From Salinivirgaceae bacterium (GTDB lineage: Bacteria > Bacteroidota > Bacteroidia > Bacteroidales > SZUA-534), in NCBI GenBank assembly GCA_017645945.1, contig JAGCNL010000076.1, positions 59,673 to 123,672 of the forward strand: a DNA stretch of 64,000 nucleotides, read 5' to 3'. Position 1 is the first letter of the stretch; the number at the start of each line of letters is the position of its first letter. The position numbers and the translations under genes were made by a program. The notes under the pieces are model-generated. The model made no database searches and was not told where the DNA came from. It saw only the letters and a list, made by a program, of their open reading frames with translations. Positions 49,524-58,878 of this stretch are shown here, one piece after another.

Positions 49524-50546
49524 TTATTTATCCGTTAAAATCATCCGCTTCGAGTCTGCCTCAATGCCATTGACAGCCAGCGTATAAATGTACATTCCTG
49601 CTTCCAGTTCGTTGCCGCTGATGGTTATACTGCCGTTGCCTGTCTGGGTAAGAGGTTTGCTCAAAAGCATGTTGCCATTAAGCGAAAATACATATAAAAC
49701 TGCATTGTCGGCGTTTTCCGGCACAAAATATTTTATCACAGTTTGGGTACTGAACGGGTTGGGGGTATTTTGGAAAAGGAAAGCGTTGGTGGTAACGTCT
49801 TCTTCCTCAGCGGGTTCACTTATTTCTTCCTCATCTGGGATAGAAGATGGAGCCACCATTTTTTTGCGACCATTGCGCGGGTCTTTAAACGTGCTGCTGT
49901 TTGCACTTATTTCCTTTTCGAGTTCCTTTATTTTCTGGCTTTGAGTGGAAACAGTACTTTGTAGTTCCTGCACCATCTCAACAAGAATTGGAATAAAACC
50001 AATGTAATTAACAGAGTACTTGCCTGTTGAGTCATCCTTATAAGTGAGTTCGGGGTAAATTTTAGCAATATCCTGCGCCTTGAATCCATAATGTTCGTGA
50101 TCCAATTTGGCGCGCTCTTTTTCGGGGACTCTACCCATATATTCCTTGGTAAACTTGTATTTGTAAGGTTTAAGTTGTCTGAATTTATCATACTCCCGAT
50201 TTAATTTGCTGAATCCACATTTAAACGTTGAATCAGAATCGTTATATAGATTGTCAACGTGTATCGTTTCAACAAAAATTGTTCCGACCTTACGATCTCT
50301 TTTTCCAAACTGTAAATACCAATTTCTTTCTGGATAAAAGCATGGAGCGCTACATAATCCCGATTTGTCTAAAAAAATATCAGTCCATTCATCGAACCGT
50401 ATTGTACTGTTATCGTAAGTAATATCAAGTTTGTATTGAGGGTTAGTGTTACCAATACCAACAAATCCATTACTGTTTACTTTGATTTGTGCGTTCGCAC
50501 ACATTGCGCAGCAGATAGCTGCCATCATTAAAAAATGTTTTTTCAT
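49524..50546 (-). CDS. Peptidase S74 (tail-fibre intramolecular chaperone) domain protein with T9SS CTD
   Basis: Signal peptide; G.VGIG..NP; SDSTFK, HYGFKAQD...YPEL, SVNYIGFIPILVEMVQEL plus coiled coil; C-terminal LFQNTPNPF...LEAGMYIYTL...SKRMIL. Confidence 0.82.
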   Translation of the reverse strand: MKKHFLMMAAICCAMCANAQIKVNSNGFVGIGNTNPQYKLDITYDNSTIRFDEWTDIFLDKSGLCSAPCFYPERNWYLQFGKRDRKVGTIFVETIHVDNLYNDSDSTFKCGFSKLNREYDKFRQLKPYKYKFTKEYMGRVPEKERAKLDHEHYGFKAQDIAKIYPELTYKDDSTGKYSVNYIGFIPILVEMVQELQSTVSTQSQKIKELEKEISANSSTFKDPRNGRKKMVAPSSIPDEEEISEPAEEEDVTTNAFLFQNTPNPFSTQTVIKYFVPENADNAVLYVFSLNGNMLLSKPLTQTGNGSITISGNELEAGMYIYTLAVNGIEADSKRMILTDK

Positions 50547-50588
50547 AAAATCTAAATATTAATAGTTATACTTAAAAAGAGTTTATTT

Positions 50589-50975
50589 TCATTTTACTAT
50601 CACATAATTGCTGTAAACCACAGTGCTACCACTGCTTACAATAATTGTATAGTCTCCGCGCCCATAGTTTCGCAACAAGTAGCAGAGACTGTCGCCTGCC
50701 TGCGCTTTGGTGTTAACTACAATCATACCTTTGCAATAGATTTCAACTTTACCGCCATTTGCTGTGGGGAATTTTATTGTCAACTCGGTTGAGGCTGCAT
50801 TGTAGATGACGGCAGGAGAATTAATAGGTTTTGGACATCTGTGGGGACGATAATATTTCTCCAGTTTTTCTGGAGGTGTATTTCCTCCACCTGATGTTGT
50901 ACCTTCTTGGGCAAAAGAATTAGTTGTTATTCCGATAAACAAAACAACTCCGATAATTAATTTTAATTTTTTCAT
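50589..50975 (-). CDS. Small secreted protein with DUF3244-like Ig domain
   Basis: Signal peptide ending SFA, low-complexity linker, RPHRCP, then a beta-rich domain with GDYTIIV. TACATTTG element at 51024-51017. Confidence 0.55.
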   Translation of the reverse strand: MKKLKLIIGVVLFIGITTNSFAQEGTTSGGGNTPPEKLEKYYRPHRCPKPINSPAVIYNAASTELTIKFPTANGGKVEIYCKGMIVVNTKAQAGDSLCYLLRNYGRGDYTIIVSSGSTVVYSNYVIVK

Positions 50976-51327
50976 AAATTATTATTTTTTAGTGATGAAA
51001 TAGAAAATGTTCGAAACAAATGTATTGGCAGGCTCTAATCATTTTACGATTCCACCATTCATGAATGTTCCCATTTTCTAATGGTTAAAGCACTCATTTT
51101 CAGCGGCAAAATCCCCTTACGATGGCACTTTGAGCTTAAAAATGGAACATTTAACTGAGCTCTATTAACAAGGCATAATGGAATGTAACAATTTGATAAA
51201 AAGAGAGTTTGGCCGTACGAAACCATGTTTGATTTGTTCCCCAAAAGGAACAATTTGAACATTATCAAGTAAGTGGTGAAGACATGATAAAAATGCTATT
51301 TTTGCAGATATAAACATTGATATACAA

Positions 51328-52980
51328 ATGAATAGGAGATTATTTGCCATCTTCACCGTTATTATGTCGTTGTTGGTTGCTTGTTCGCCTAAAAACGATG
51401 TTTTTCGGCAACTCGTTGCTGTTGATTCTCTTCTTTTAGGGCATAACCAGGAAGATTCAGCATTATCAATTCTGAAAAACATAAGACCACAAACAAGGGA
51501 AGATTCGGCATATTATTTTATATTGGAAACAGCCGCCGACTACAATGAATATAAGGAAATCAGCAGTTTCGACAAAATCAACTTCAGTATTAAATGCTAT
51601 ACCGAAAACTCTGATGTCAGAAAGCTAGCATATGCATATTATTATAAATCACTGATTTATTATTTAAACAATCGTTTGTACGACGATATGTTTGTTTCTT
51701 TGAAAGAATCTGAACGTTTGGCGGAATCTACAACTGATTACCGTTTACTCAATAGAATATATTCTGCCATGACTGTTGCAAGCGGAAACTCACGACAAAC
51801 TGAAGTGGCATTGCAATGTGCACATAAAGAATTCCGTTATGCTAAATTATTGAATGACAACTATTGCATGGCTTATTCTTTGCTAAATCTTGCTACTGCA
51901 TACGCCGATTTAAATAAAAATGATAGTGCTGATTATTATATTTTGCAGAGTTTGTCTCTTATCAAATATGTTGAAGACGGCGTAAAAACAAATTTTTATA
52001 ACTATTTGGGTGAAGTATTTATAAAAAGTAATCCTTTGGCAGCCGAGAAATATTTTATTGATGCATTGAGGTATGGAAAACTATCTGCTGCATATTTCAA
52101 TCTTACAAAATTGTATTATGGACAAAATAAATATGATAAGGCCGATATCTATCAGGATTCTGCATTAATGTATGCTTGGCCAGAATTGAAATATGATATA
52201 TTCTCATATATGGCAGAAAATAGTTATGAGAGCCAAAACCTTGAAAAATATAAGGTTGCAACCGACAGCATTATCAAAACGCAAAAAGAAATATTCGATA
52301 TGCGGGAGAAAAATAAAATCCTTGAGTTGCAACGGAAATTCGATTACGAAAAACAACAGGCCGCGTACGATAGAAAAAGTTTGATTTTGTGCCTAATAAT
52401 CAGCGTTCTTTTAGCCATAAACGTTTTGATATTCCTTATTCACAAGCAGCATGTGCATAAAATCCGTGAGAAAGAATTTGAGATGGAAAGCCACGACATG
52501 GAAGTGTTCAACAAAATGATGACAATGACACTGAATGTTGAAAAGTATAAAGCACAAATAGCTGAATTGCAAGCTGAAAACAAAAAATTGGCAAGTCAGA
52601 AAACTAATCGCAGCCAAACCATTGCTGATAATGACAGCAAAATTGTCGTATTGCAAGAAAAAATGGACTTGCTTGACAAACAAAAATTTGAATATCTGGA
52701 AAATGGCAAACAAGTTTACCAACAAATTATTCAGAATCAGCCAATAACGTTGGTCGATGACAAATGGGCGGATTGTGTATATTACTTTGCCATGCAAGAA
52801 GGCGAAAATATTTTTGATGGATATAACAGATTAACAATAAACGATAAGATTTTCATTATTGCCGATGCATTTCTAAAGAAAAGCGATGATGAAATTGCTA
52901 ATATCTTAGCCATCTCGCCCGTTACCGTCCGCTCGCGCCGCTCAAAAATCAGAAAGAAGAAAGCGAATGATGAGGCATAA
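51328..52980 (+). CDS. TPR - transmembrane - coiled-coil - LuxR-like HTH regulator
   Basis: Lipobox LLVAC; helical TPR-like region (LAYAYYYK, SADYY, AEKYF); LQRKFDYEK then TM helix; C-terminal IANILAISPVTVRSRRSKIRKK. TATTTTTG at 51297-51304. Confidence 0.8.
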   Translation: MNRRLFAIFTVIMSLLVACSPKNDVFRQLVAVDSLLLGHNQEDSALSILKNIRPQTREDSAYYFILETAADYNEYKEISSFDKINFSIKCYTENSDVRKLAYAYYYKSLIYYLNNRLYDDMFVSLKESERLAESTTDYRLLNRIYSAMTVASGNSRQTEVALQCAHKEFRYAKLLNDNYCMAYSLLNLATAYADLNKNDSADYYILQSLSLIKYVEDGVKTNFYNYLGEVFIKSNPLAAEKYFIDALRYGKLSAAYFNLTKLYYGQNKYDKADIYQDSALMYAWPELKYDIFSYMAENSYESQNLEKYKVATDSIIKTQKEIFDMREKNKILELQRKFDYEKQQAAYDRKSLILCLIISVLLAINVLIFLIHKQHVHKIREKEFEMESHDMEVFNKMMTMTLNVEKYKAQIAELQAENKKLASQKTNRSQTIADNDSKIVVLQEKMDLLDKQKFEYLENGKQVYQQIIQNQPITLVDDKWADCVYYFAMQEGENIFDGYNRLTINDKIFIIADAFLKKSDDEIANILAISPVTVRSRRSKIRKKKANDEA

Positions 52981-53021
52981 AAAAACGGGAGCACCGCTTC
53001 GATTGCTGCAATGCTCCCGTT
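52978..53021. terminator. Terminator between convergent genes
   Basis: AAAAAACGGGAGCA...TGCTCCCGTT inverted repeat. Confidence 0.7.
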
Positions 53022-53038
53022 AATGGATTGATTATAGA

Positions 53039-54322
53039 CTACCACTCGGTAGTAATCTTATTGTTGTAGAGACGATAGGCGTTACTCTCGTTGTTGCTGA
53101 CAGCTTTGTAGAAGATTGTGCCCTTCACCATCGGGTATTTCTTCTGTGTGTAGATGCTCTTGTCGAGTTTCTTGTCAACAGTCAGTTTCAAGTCGTGATT
53201 GCCTTTACCCTTAAACTGCTGGTTGATGTCGTCGATGATTATTGGTGCTTCGTTGCCAAAACTCAGCACCACCTTCTCAATCACAAACGGGCTGTCGTAT
53301 TTCGACACCACAGGAATCGAGCATTTGCAGCCCTCAACAAACTGGCCGTCGTCGGTTCCGCCAGTGAGATTGATGGCGTTGTTCACGAAGATTTCAACGG
53401 TGTTGGCCTTGATGTTGAACCAGAAATCCTTTGTTGAGTTGCCGCACCTCACGCTGATTTTGTTGTCGGGCTCGTCGTAGCACTCATCGTAGGTGTAACT
53501 GACAATCCACTCATCGCCATCAGACTTGATGTCGCTGATTTTGGCGCAGTTCGATTTCACCTTCGGAGTGTTTGAGGTTTTAATGATGCGGCCGTTGCAG
53601 TAGAGCGAGAAACGAATCTCGCCAAGCGATGTGCCTGTTGCCTCAATTGCCACATTCTTAATCATTTGCGAGATGCGGCTTATGGCAACGTCGCATTTGT
53701 TCTTGCGACTGTCAACATCGATGAACGATTTCGACAAAGCCTTGATTTCGGCACTAATCTGCTCCAGACGTTCAATGCTTTCGGCATCATCGATGCTCAC
53801 AATCAGTTCGTTGAGCTGTTTGGTGAGTTCGCGGTCGGTGCGCTCATACTCCATGATGAGTTTTTTGAGCTGGAAGTCGCTGAACGGATATTTCATGTGG
53901 TAGTAGTAGTTGATGTTACCCTTTTCGCTCACCTTCTCCCAATAGTATTCCTCAACCTGATTCACCGAAATGCCTTTGATGAACGGAATGTCGGCGGCGC
54001 GCGATTTGGTCACCACCGTGTAGTTCTCGGTAATGTTCATGTCGCCCGACTGGATGTCCTCGGTCAGTGTGTGCTCCGTCCGCGACGAAATGTTGTCGGC
54101 CACCGAACTGATGATGCGCTCCTTGACTTTGAGCAGAGCCTTCTCCTGCGCCTCGTCTAAAGAGCTGCCCGTGCCCACCGTGATGACATAGTCCTTGACT
54201 AATGTGTTCACCCAAGCTGGTTTCTTTTTCGGTTGATGTTCAAGTACTTTCGTCTTTTGCGCGTATGCCTGATTGAAGCCCAGGCCCATCAGCAGCGACA
54301 ATGCAATAAGTATCTTCTTCAT
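53039..54322 (-). CDS. Exported protein with LPP20-like N-terminal domain
   Basis: Signal peptide ending AYA; KPAWV...VGTGSSLDEAQEKAL...I..S..(LPP20-like); YWEK. Confidence 0.5.
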   Translation of the reverse strand: MKKILIALSLLMGLGFNQAYAQKTKVLEHQPKKKPAWVNTLVKDYVITVGTGSSLDEAQEKALLKVKERIISSVADNISSRTEHTLTEDIQSGDMNITENYTVVTKSRAADIPFIKGISVNQVEEYYWEKVSEKGNINYYYHMKYPFSDFQLKKLIMEYERTDRELTKQLNELIVSIDDAESIERLEQISAEIKALSKSFIDVDSRKNKCDVAISRISQMIKNVAIEATGTSLGEIRFSLYCNGRIIKTSNTPKVKSNCAKISDIKSDGDEWIVSYTYDECYDEPDNKISVRCGNSTKDFWFNIKANTVEIFVNNAINLTGGTDDGQFVEGCKCSIPVVSKYDSPFVIEKVVLSFGNEAPIIIDDINQQFKGKGNHDLKLTVDKKLDKSIYTQKKYPMVKGTIFYKAVSNNESNAYRLYNNKITTEW

Positions 54323-54356
54323 GGTGCCGGATTTTTAAGTTATTGATTCATTGCTT

Positions 54357-54393
54357 AAAAAAAGAAGTTGCCTTTTATTCAGGGCAACTTCTT
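54357..54393 (-). terminator. Terminator after the LPP20 lipoprotein gene
   Basis: AAGAAGTTGCC-TTTTATTCAG-GGCAACTTCTT preceded by an A-run (U-tract on the minus strand). Confidence 0.75.
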
Positions 54394-54416
54394 GTAAAAG
54401 ATTGAGTTAGTGTCGA

Positions 54417-54971
54417 TTACTCGAGTTTGCTCATTTCCTCGTCAAATTGTTTGCGGAACTTCTCGCGGTCATACATAACCTCAAGTTTCTTGTCTTTCGA
54501 GATCGCGCTTTCAGTTGACGAAATGACATCCTCTTTACCCATCTCAATGGCTACAAATGCCTCATAACCGCCACCTTCAGCTTGGAAATACTTCTCGCAG
54601 AGAACGCTGACGTTGTTCAACTTCTGATTAACAACATCTTTTGTCAGACTCTGGTACGATTGCTCGAACTCGCTCTTACCAGCTGCATCCATTTCGTTGA
54701 TGTAGTTCTCGGTAACCGATTTGATGGTTGACGCGATACGCGAAGCCAGCTCCTGTTTTGCGTTGAGCATAGCCTTTTGTTTAGCTGCGTTCAGGTCGGC
54801 GCTCTTTGCAGTTGCGCTTGCACGGAAATGATTTTTGTCAGATTTTCCCTGGTCCTGGCAAGGGAATGTAACTTCCTGACGACCTTTTGTTACTGATTGA
54901 GAACCTCCACCGCAGTTTGCGAAAAGCAGTGCACCCATGGCAAATAAGCCTAAAATTGAAATCTTTCTCAT
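54417..54971 (-). CDS. LPP20 family lipoprotein
   Basis: Start set at ATG 54971 (MRKISILG...FANC lipobox); ASATAKS.D...AKQKAM.NAKQELA..I. Confidence 0.65.
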   Translation of the reverse strand: MRKISILGLFAMGALLFANCGGGSQSVTKGRQEVTFPCQDQGKSDKNHFRASATAKSADLNAAKQKAMLNAKQELASRIASTIKSVTENYINEMDAAGKSEFEQSYQSLTKDVVNQKLNNVSVLCEKYFQAEGGGYEAFVAIEMGKEDVISSTESAISKDKKLEVMYDREKFRKQFDEEMSKLE

Positions 54972-55074
54972 AATTTTAAATTTAAAGTTGATAAAACAAA
55001 TATCATATTTTTTTTGATACCAAGATGCATAAATGTAAATAAAGGTTGCGTGAAATGCAAAAAAGTGTAAAAAA

Positions 55075-56010
55075 TCACTTTCCCGTCTTTTCAGAAAGCG
55101 ACTTAAACCCTTCGCCCAAAATCTCGTTCGCCTCAATCACGGCCACAAAAGCATGGGGGTCGATGCGGCTGATGTGCTCTTCCAAAATCAGCACTTCGCG
55201 ACGGTCCACAATGGTGTAAATCACCTTTTTAGGAGTGCCACCGTACATTCCCTCGCCGTTCAGATAGGTGCCGCCGCGGCCCAAATCGTTGAGCAGCCGC
55301 TCGCGGATTTCTTCGTGGTGGTCCGATATGATGAGCAGCATTTTCTCATGTCCCGCTCCTTCCAAAATCATATCCACAACCTTGCCCGTGATGAAAATCA
55401 CAAGCCACGAGTACAATGGTATCTTCCAGTCGCTGAACGCGATAAGTCCAAGCAAAGCAATGGCGCTATCGACATAGATGAGCAGATGACCGATAGGCAG
55501 ATGGGTGTATTTGGCGATGACTGCCGCAATAATGTCAGAGCCGCCCGATGTGGCTTTCGACTTGAACACAATGGCCAATCCAATGCCGATGATGGTGGCG
55601 CCGAACACCGATGCCAGCAGCAAATCGTCGGCAAGACCGAGCGGGTCATCCTCACCGATGAAGGCTGTGAGCGTGTCCATAAACACGGCTGTTGAGATGA
55701 AGCCCAGCACCGTTTTGAAGCCGAATCGCGGCCCAAGAATCTTCGTACCTATAATAGTAAGTATGGTATCGAGGCAGGCTGACACAAGACCGATGGGCGT
55801 GCCGTCGGGAAACAGGTCGAACATTCCTTTGGTGGTGTGGTGAATGACGATGGAGATACCGTAAACGCCGCCCGGCACAATCTTGTAGGGGTTGATGAAC
55901 AGCACAAAACCCAGCGACAGCACAAACGTGCCCACCAGAATATAGACAACCGCCTTTGCAGCATCGCGCCTCGTACCGCCGCCCGTCAGTTTATTCAAAT
56001 CGATAGCCAT
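55075..56010 (-). CDS. YitT family membrane protein
   Basis: PGGVYGISI, FGFKT, ATSGGSDIIA, LGRGGT...GEGMYG, IDPHAFV...EILGEGF. Confidence 0.9.
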   Translation of the reverse strand: MAIDLNKLTGGGTRRDAAKAVVYILVGTFVLSLGFVLFINPYKIVPGGVYGISIVIHHTTKGMFDLFPDGTPIGLVSACLDTILTIIGTKILGPRFGFKTVLGFISTAVFMDTLTAFIGEDDPLGLADDLLLASVFGATIIGIGLAIVFKSKATSGGSDIIAAVIAKYTHLPIGHLLIYVDSAIALLGLIAFSDWKIPLYSWLVIFITGKVVDMILEGAGHEKMLLIISDHHEEIRERLLNDLGRGGTYLNGEGMYGGTPKKVIYTIVDRREVLILEEHISRIDPHAFVAVIEANEILGEGFKSLSEKTGK

Positions 56011-56046
56011 AACACAACATATTATGTTCAGTTCTTCTCTCCCAAC

Positions 56047-57627
56047 TCACTTTTTCAATCCCTCAACTTTCGATTTCAGCGCCCTGAATGTTCCATCCTC
56101 CTGAATGCCCATTGTACGCATAACCTGCTCTTTTTCATATCCTTTCATCTGAAGGATTTTGAAGAATGTCTGGCGCGGGTTGAGCGAGCTGTATTCCTCC
56201 TCAATCTGAGCCAAAAGACTCAAATCCAGTGTTTTGTAGTATTCAAGAAAGCGCTCGTAGTCGCGTTTGTTCCACTGACCGCTATTGCCGCCGCGAGCAA
56301 AAATCTCCTCGTAGAGCTTCTTACCCTGGCTGTAGATTTCTGCGTAACGGCCTTCTATTTCGTTGATTTTGCGCTGCAGACGAGCTATTTCGCGCTCATT
56401 ATCAGCCGATTCACCAGCTGTGCGCAATTCCTCAATCTTGTCGTGTGACTCTTTCAGAATCTGGCGGTTCTGTGCCAGTTCGCGCTCATAGCGGCGGCGC
56501 TGGCGCACCAACACAGCTGACAGCAACGTTATGGCAATCACAAACAGCATCACTGCCACAAAAATTATGCGCAGCGTGCGGTTTTGGTTGGCCAACTCCT
56601 GAATTTTGAAATCGTAGTTAGTGCTGGCCGAAATCACGCGGACACCTTCAGTTGCGCCCTTCAGAATAGAGTGGTAGGTTGTCACCAGTTCGGCCGCTAC
56701 CTTGTCGGCTTCAGCAGCCATATGGTTGCGGTGATAATACTTGTAAAATTCTTCAAGTGCGATAACGCGAGTCCCATCACCTATAAATGTCGAATTATGA
56801 TAAAAATCTAATGCGTCCTGCAGTCGGTTCAGGCATAGATAACTCTTTATGCGTGACATTTTTGCGATATCGTTCCACGGATTTATTTCAGCAGCTTTCA
56901 ATGCATAGCGCAGCGATTTTTCGGGCTCCTCGTCGGCAAAAACCATTCCGTAAATGCTCAAGAAAGAATATGTTGTTGTGTCGATTTTTTCAAACTCGCG
57001 CAAACACCTTTTGGTGCTGTCAGTCATGTCGTTAAGGTAAAACACGCTGACTTTTGCAGAAAGGTAATAAGCCTTTTGTTCAATTGAACGGGCGTATGGG
57101 CGCATTTTTTCGATAAGTCCCAGACCGCGTTCGCCCAAATCGAATGTGCTGCCATCGAACTCTAATCGCAAATATGCAATATAAAATTTCAACTCGCTGT
57201 TTGTGAGCGGATTGGCAATATCTTCAGCCTGTCGCAAATAGAGAACGGCCTGCGTATTATCGCCCAAGTACGAAGTTTTAAGCGTTTTCATAATCAATGT
57301 CCACGCAAGTTTCTCGATATCAGCGGTTTTAGTATAAAAATCGATGCAGCGGTTGAGTTGCGTCGTGTCGGCAATGCTAGTATAGTCAAGCAATGCCAAC
57401 TTTGCCTTATACATTGATTTCAAAAAGATTAGATAGACGCTGTCGGCCTCGGAGAGGGGCTGTACAAGTTCCGACTGGTGGTTGTTCAGATACTCTTCCG
57501 ACATATTATACTCGCCATCCTGACAAAGCGCATAGGCACGGTCGAAAATTGGCTGGTTTACAGACTCTTCAGTGCAACCAATCAGAACAACTGCAAGAAA
57601 TGCCGATAACAATAGTTTGAGTTTCAT
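56047..57627 (-). CDS. Second TPR-like - TM - coiled-coil - HTH regulator
   Basis: Lipobox LIGC from ATG 57627 (the TACTTTTG promoter at 57653-57646 overlaps the longer TTG start); TM IIFVAVMLFVIAITLLSAVLV; C-terminal LNPRQ...MGIQEDGTFRALKSKV. Confidence 0.7.
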   Translation of the reverse strand: MKLKLLLSAFLAVVLIGCTEESVNQPIFDRAYALCQDGEYNMSEEYLNNHQSELVQPLSEADSVYLIFLKSMYKAKLALLDYTSIADTTQLNRCIDFYTKTADIEKLAWTLIMKTLKTSYLGDNTQAVLYLRQAEDIANPLTNSELKFYIAYLRLEFDGSTFDLGERGLGLIEKMRPYARSIEQKAYYLSAKVSVFYLNDMTDSTKRCLREFEKIDTTTYSFLSIYGMVFADEEPEKSLRYALKAAEINPWNDIAKMSRIKSYLCLNRLQDALDFYHNSTFIGDGTRVIALEEFYKYYHRNHMAAEADKVAAELVTTYHSILKGATEGVRVISASTNYDFKIQELANQNRTLRIIFVAVMLFVIAITLLSAVLVRQRRRYERELAQNRQILKESHDKIEELRTAGESADNEREIARLQRKINEIEGRYAEIYSQGKKLYEEIFARGGNSGQWNKRDYERFLEYYKTLDLSLLAQIEEEYSSLNPRQTFFKILQMKGYEKEQVMRTMGIQEDGTFRALKSKVEGLKK

Positions 57628-57723
57628 ATAGTTAGCATTTTCTTGCAAAAGTATTAAATATTTTGCGTTTGTAATGACGACAATTATAGGGAAATGTGTC
57701 GGATTTTTCTACATGAAACGGAG

Positions 57724-57780
57724 TAGAGGGTTAGAGGGTTAGAGAGTTAGAGAGTTAGAGGGTTAGAAGTTTAGAGGTTA
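57724..57780 (+). repeat. 8-bp tandem repeat TTAGAG(G/A)G, ~7 units
   Basis: tagaggg ttagaggg ttagagag ttagagag ttagaggg ttagaagt ttagaggt. Confidence 0.85.
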
Positions 57781-57866
57781 ACGGGGTGAAATGCTGCGCG
57801 ATTTAATGGGTTGGTTTCCAAACTGCCAAACTTCGTTTCGCCTTCACTCCTTCTTGGGTTTTAACT

Positions 57867-58724
57867 TCACTCCTTCTTCGGTTCCAACTTCAACCGATAC
57901 GGCTCGGTGGTTGATTTGGCACTGAAGAATCCGAGCGCGCCGTTGCTGACATTGGTGTAAATGTTGGCTGGCGGGCCTTGCAGGATTGTGGCGTTGCCAA
58001 AGGTCTCGTCGCTGATGTCCTTGATAAATTGGTGGTATTCAGAACTGACTGAATACAAATCAAATCGGGCTTCGGGCTTTTTGGGGATTGAATCTTCGTT
58101 GGCATCGCAAATCTGAACATTCTCGAAAAGTCCGCAACCATCGTACCTGCTGCCAGCGAAAGCCCATTTAATATCCTCAAATTTAGAGTTATAGCACGAA
58201 TCGTTGAAATAGACATAAATCAAATAGCAGTCGTCAACGCCCTTCTGCTCAGTGAACGTGGCGTAGAAAAAATAGTGGTACTCGGGCAGCGTCATGCCGT
58301 ACTCCTCATTGATGTACTCATAATAAATGGTGTCGAACTGGTTTGGAATTGGCATGTGGTCAACTGCCTCATACTCTTCGCCATTCGTCAGTTTGATATT
58401 GAGCGTGTAGGTGCGGCCCGGGACGCCGAGTGCCGAAGAATCGGTCCAGTATGTGCCGTCGTTGTCCTCATCGAGGAGGACAAAGGTCTGCTCGCCATCG
58501 GAGATAGTCACTGTGGCGCCCAACTCAGCTGGCGCGGGCTGGTTGTAGAAATACGAAGTGGACCGCGTAAGCCGCACGCTGTAAGGGCCTGGCTCGTTTG
58601 ATATCTCGCCGGCAACCACAAGGCGGTTGTTTTCGCCTTCGTTCAAATCAATGTCGATTCCTTCGGTGCAGGCGGCAGCGAAAGTGAGAGATAAAATGCC
58701 GATTGTGAGTATGTTACGGTTCAT
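57867..58724 (-). CDS. DUF4249 lipoprotein (TonB-receptor partner), copy 2
   Basis: Lipobox AAAC; RLVVAGEI, VRLTRS, GATVTI, GRTYTLNI, PPANIYTNV..GALGFF. Confidence 0.8.
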   Translation of the reverse strand: MNRNILTIGILSLTFAAACTEGIDIDLNEGENNRLVVAGEISNEPGPYSVRLTRSTSYFYNQPAPAELGATVTISDGEQTFVLLDEDNDGTYWTDSSALGVPGRTYTLNIKLTNGEEYEAVDHMPIPNQFDTIYYEYINEEYGMTLPEYHYFFYATFTEQKGVDDCYLIYVYFNDSCYNSKFEDIKWAFAGSRYDGCGLFENVQICDANEDSIPKKPEARFDLYSVSSEYHQFIKDISDETFGNATILQGPPANIYTNVSNGALGFFSAKSTTEPYRLKLEPKKE

Positions 58725-58878
58725 TGTTATTGAAAGGTTAGAGTTGAGCGGGAAGAGTTTAGAAGAGTTTTAAAGTTTAAAATCATAAAACAAAAATAGC
58801 AAAGCCGCAGTTAACTACGGCCTTGCGTCGTTCAAATTAATAACCAATTATCATCGGTTTCACCAATTATTCTATCAT

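Noticed and set aside
54972-55136. N-terminal extension of ORF 54417-55136
   Set aside because: Overlaps the YitT 3' end and precedes a clear lipoprotein signal at 54971. Similar spurious extensions were trimmed for ung, susC A2, SPOR, pepO, the 56047 regulator and the TonB receptor.
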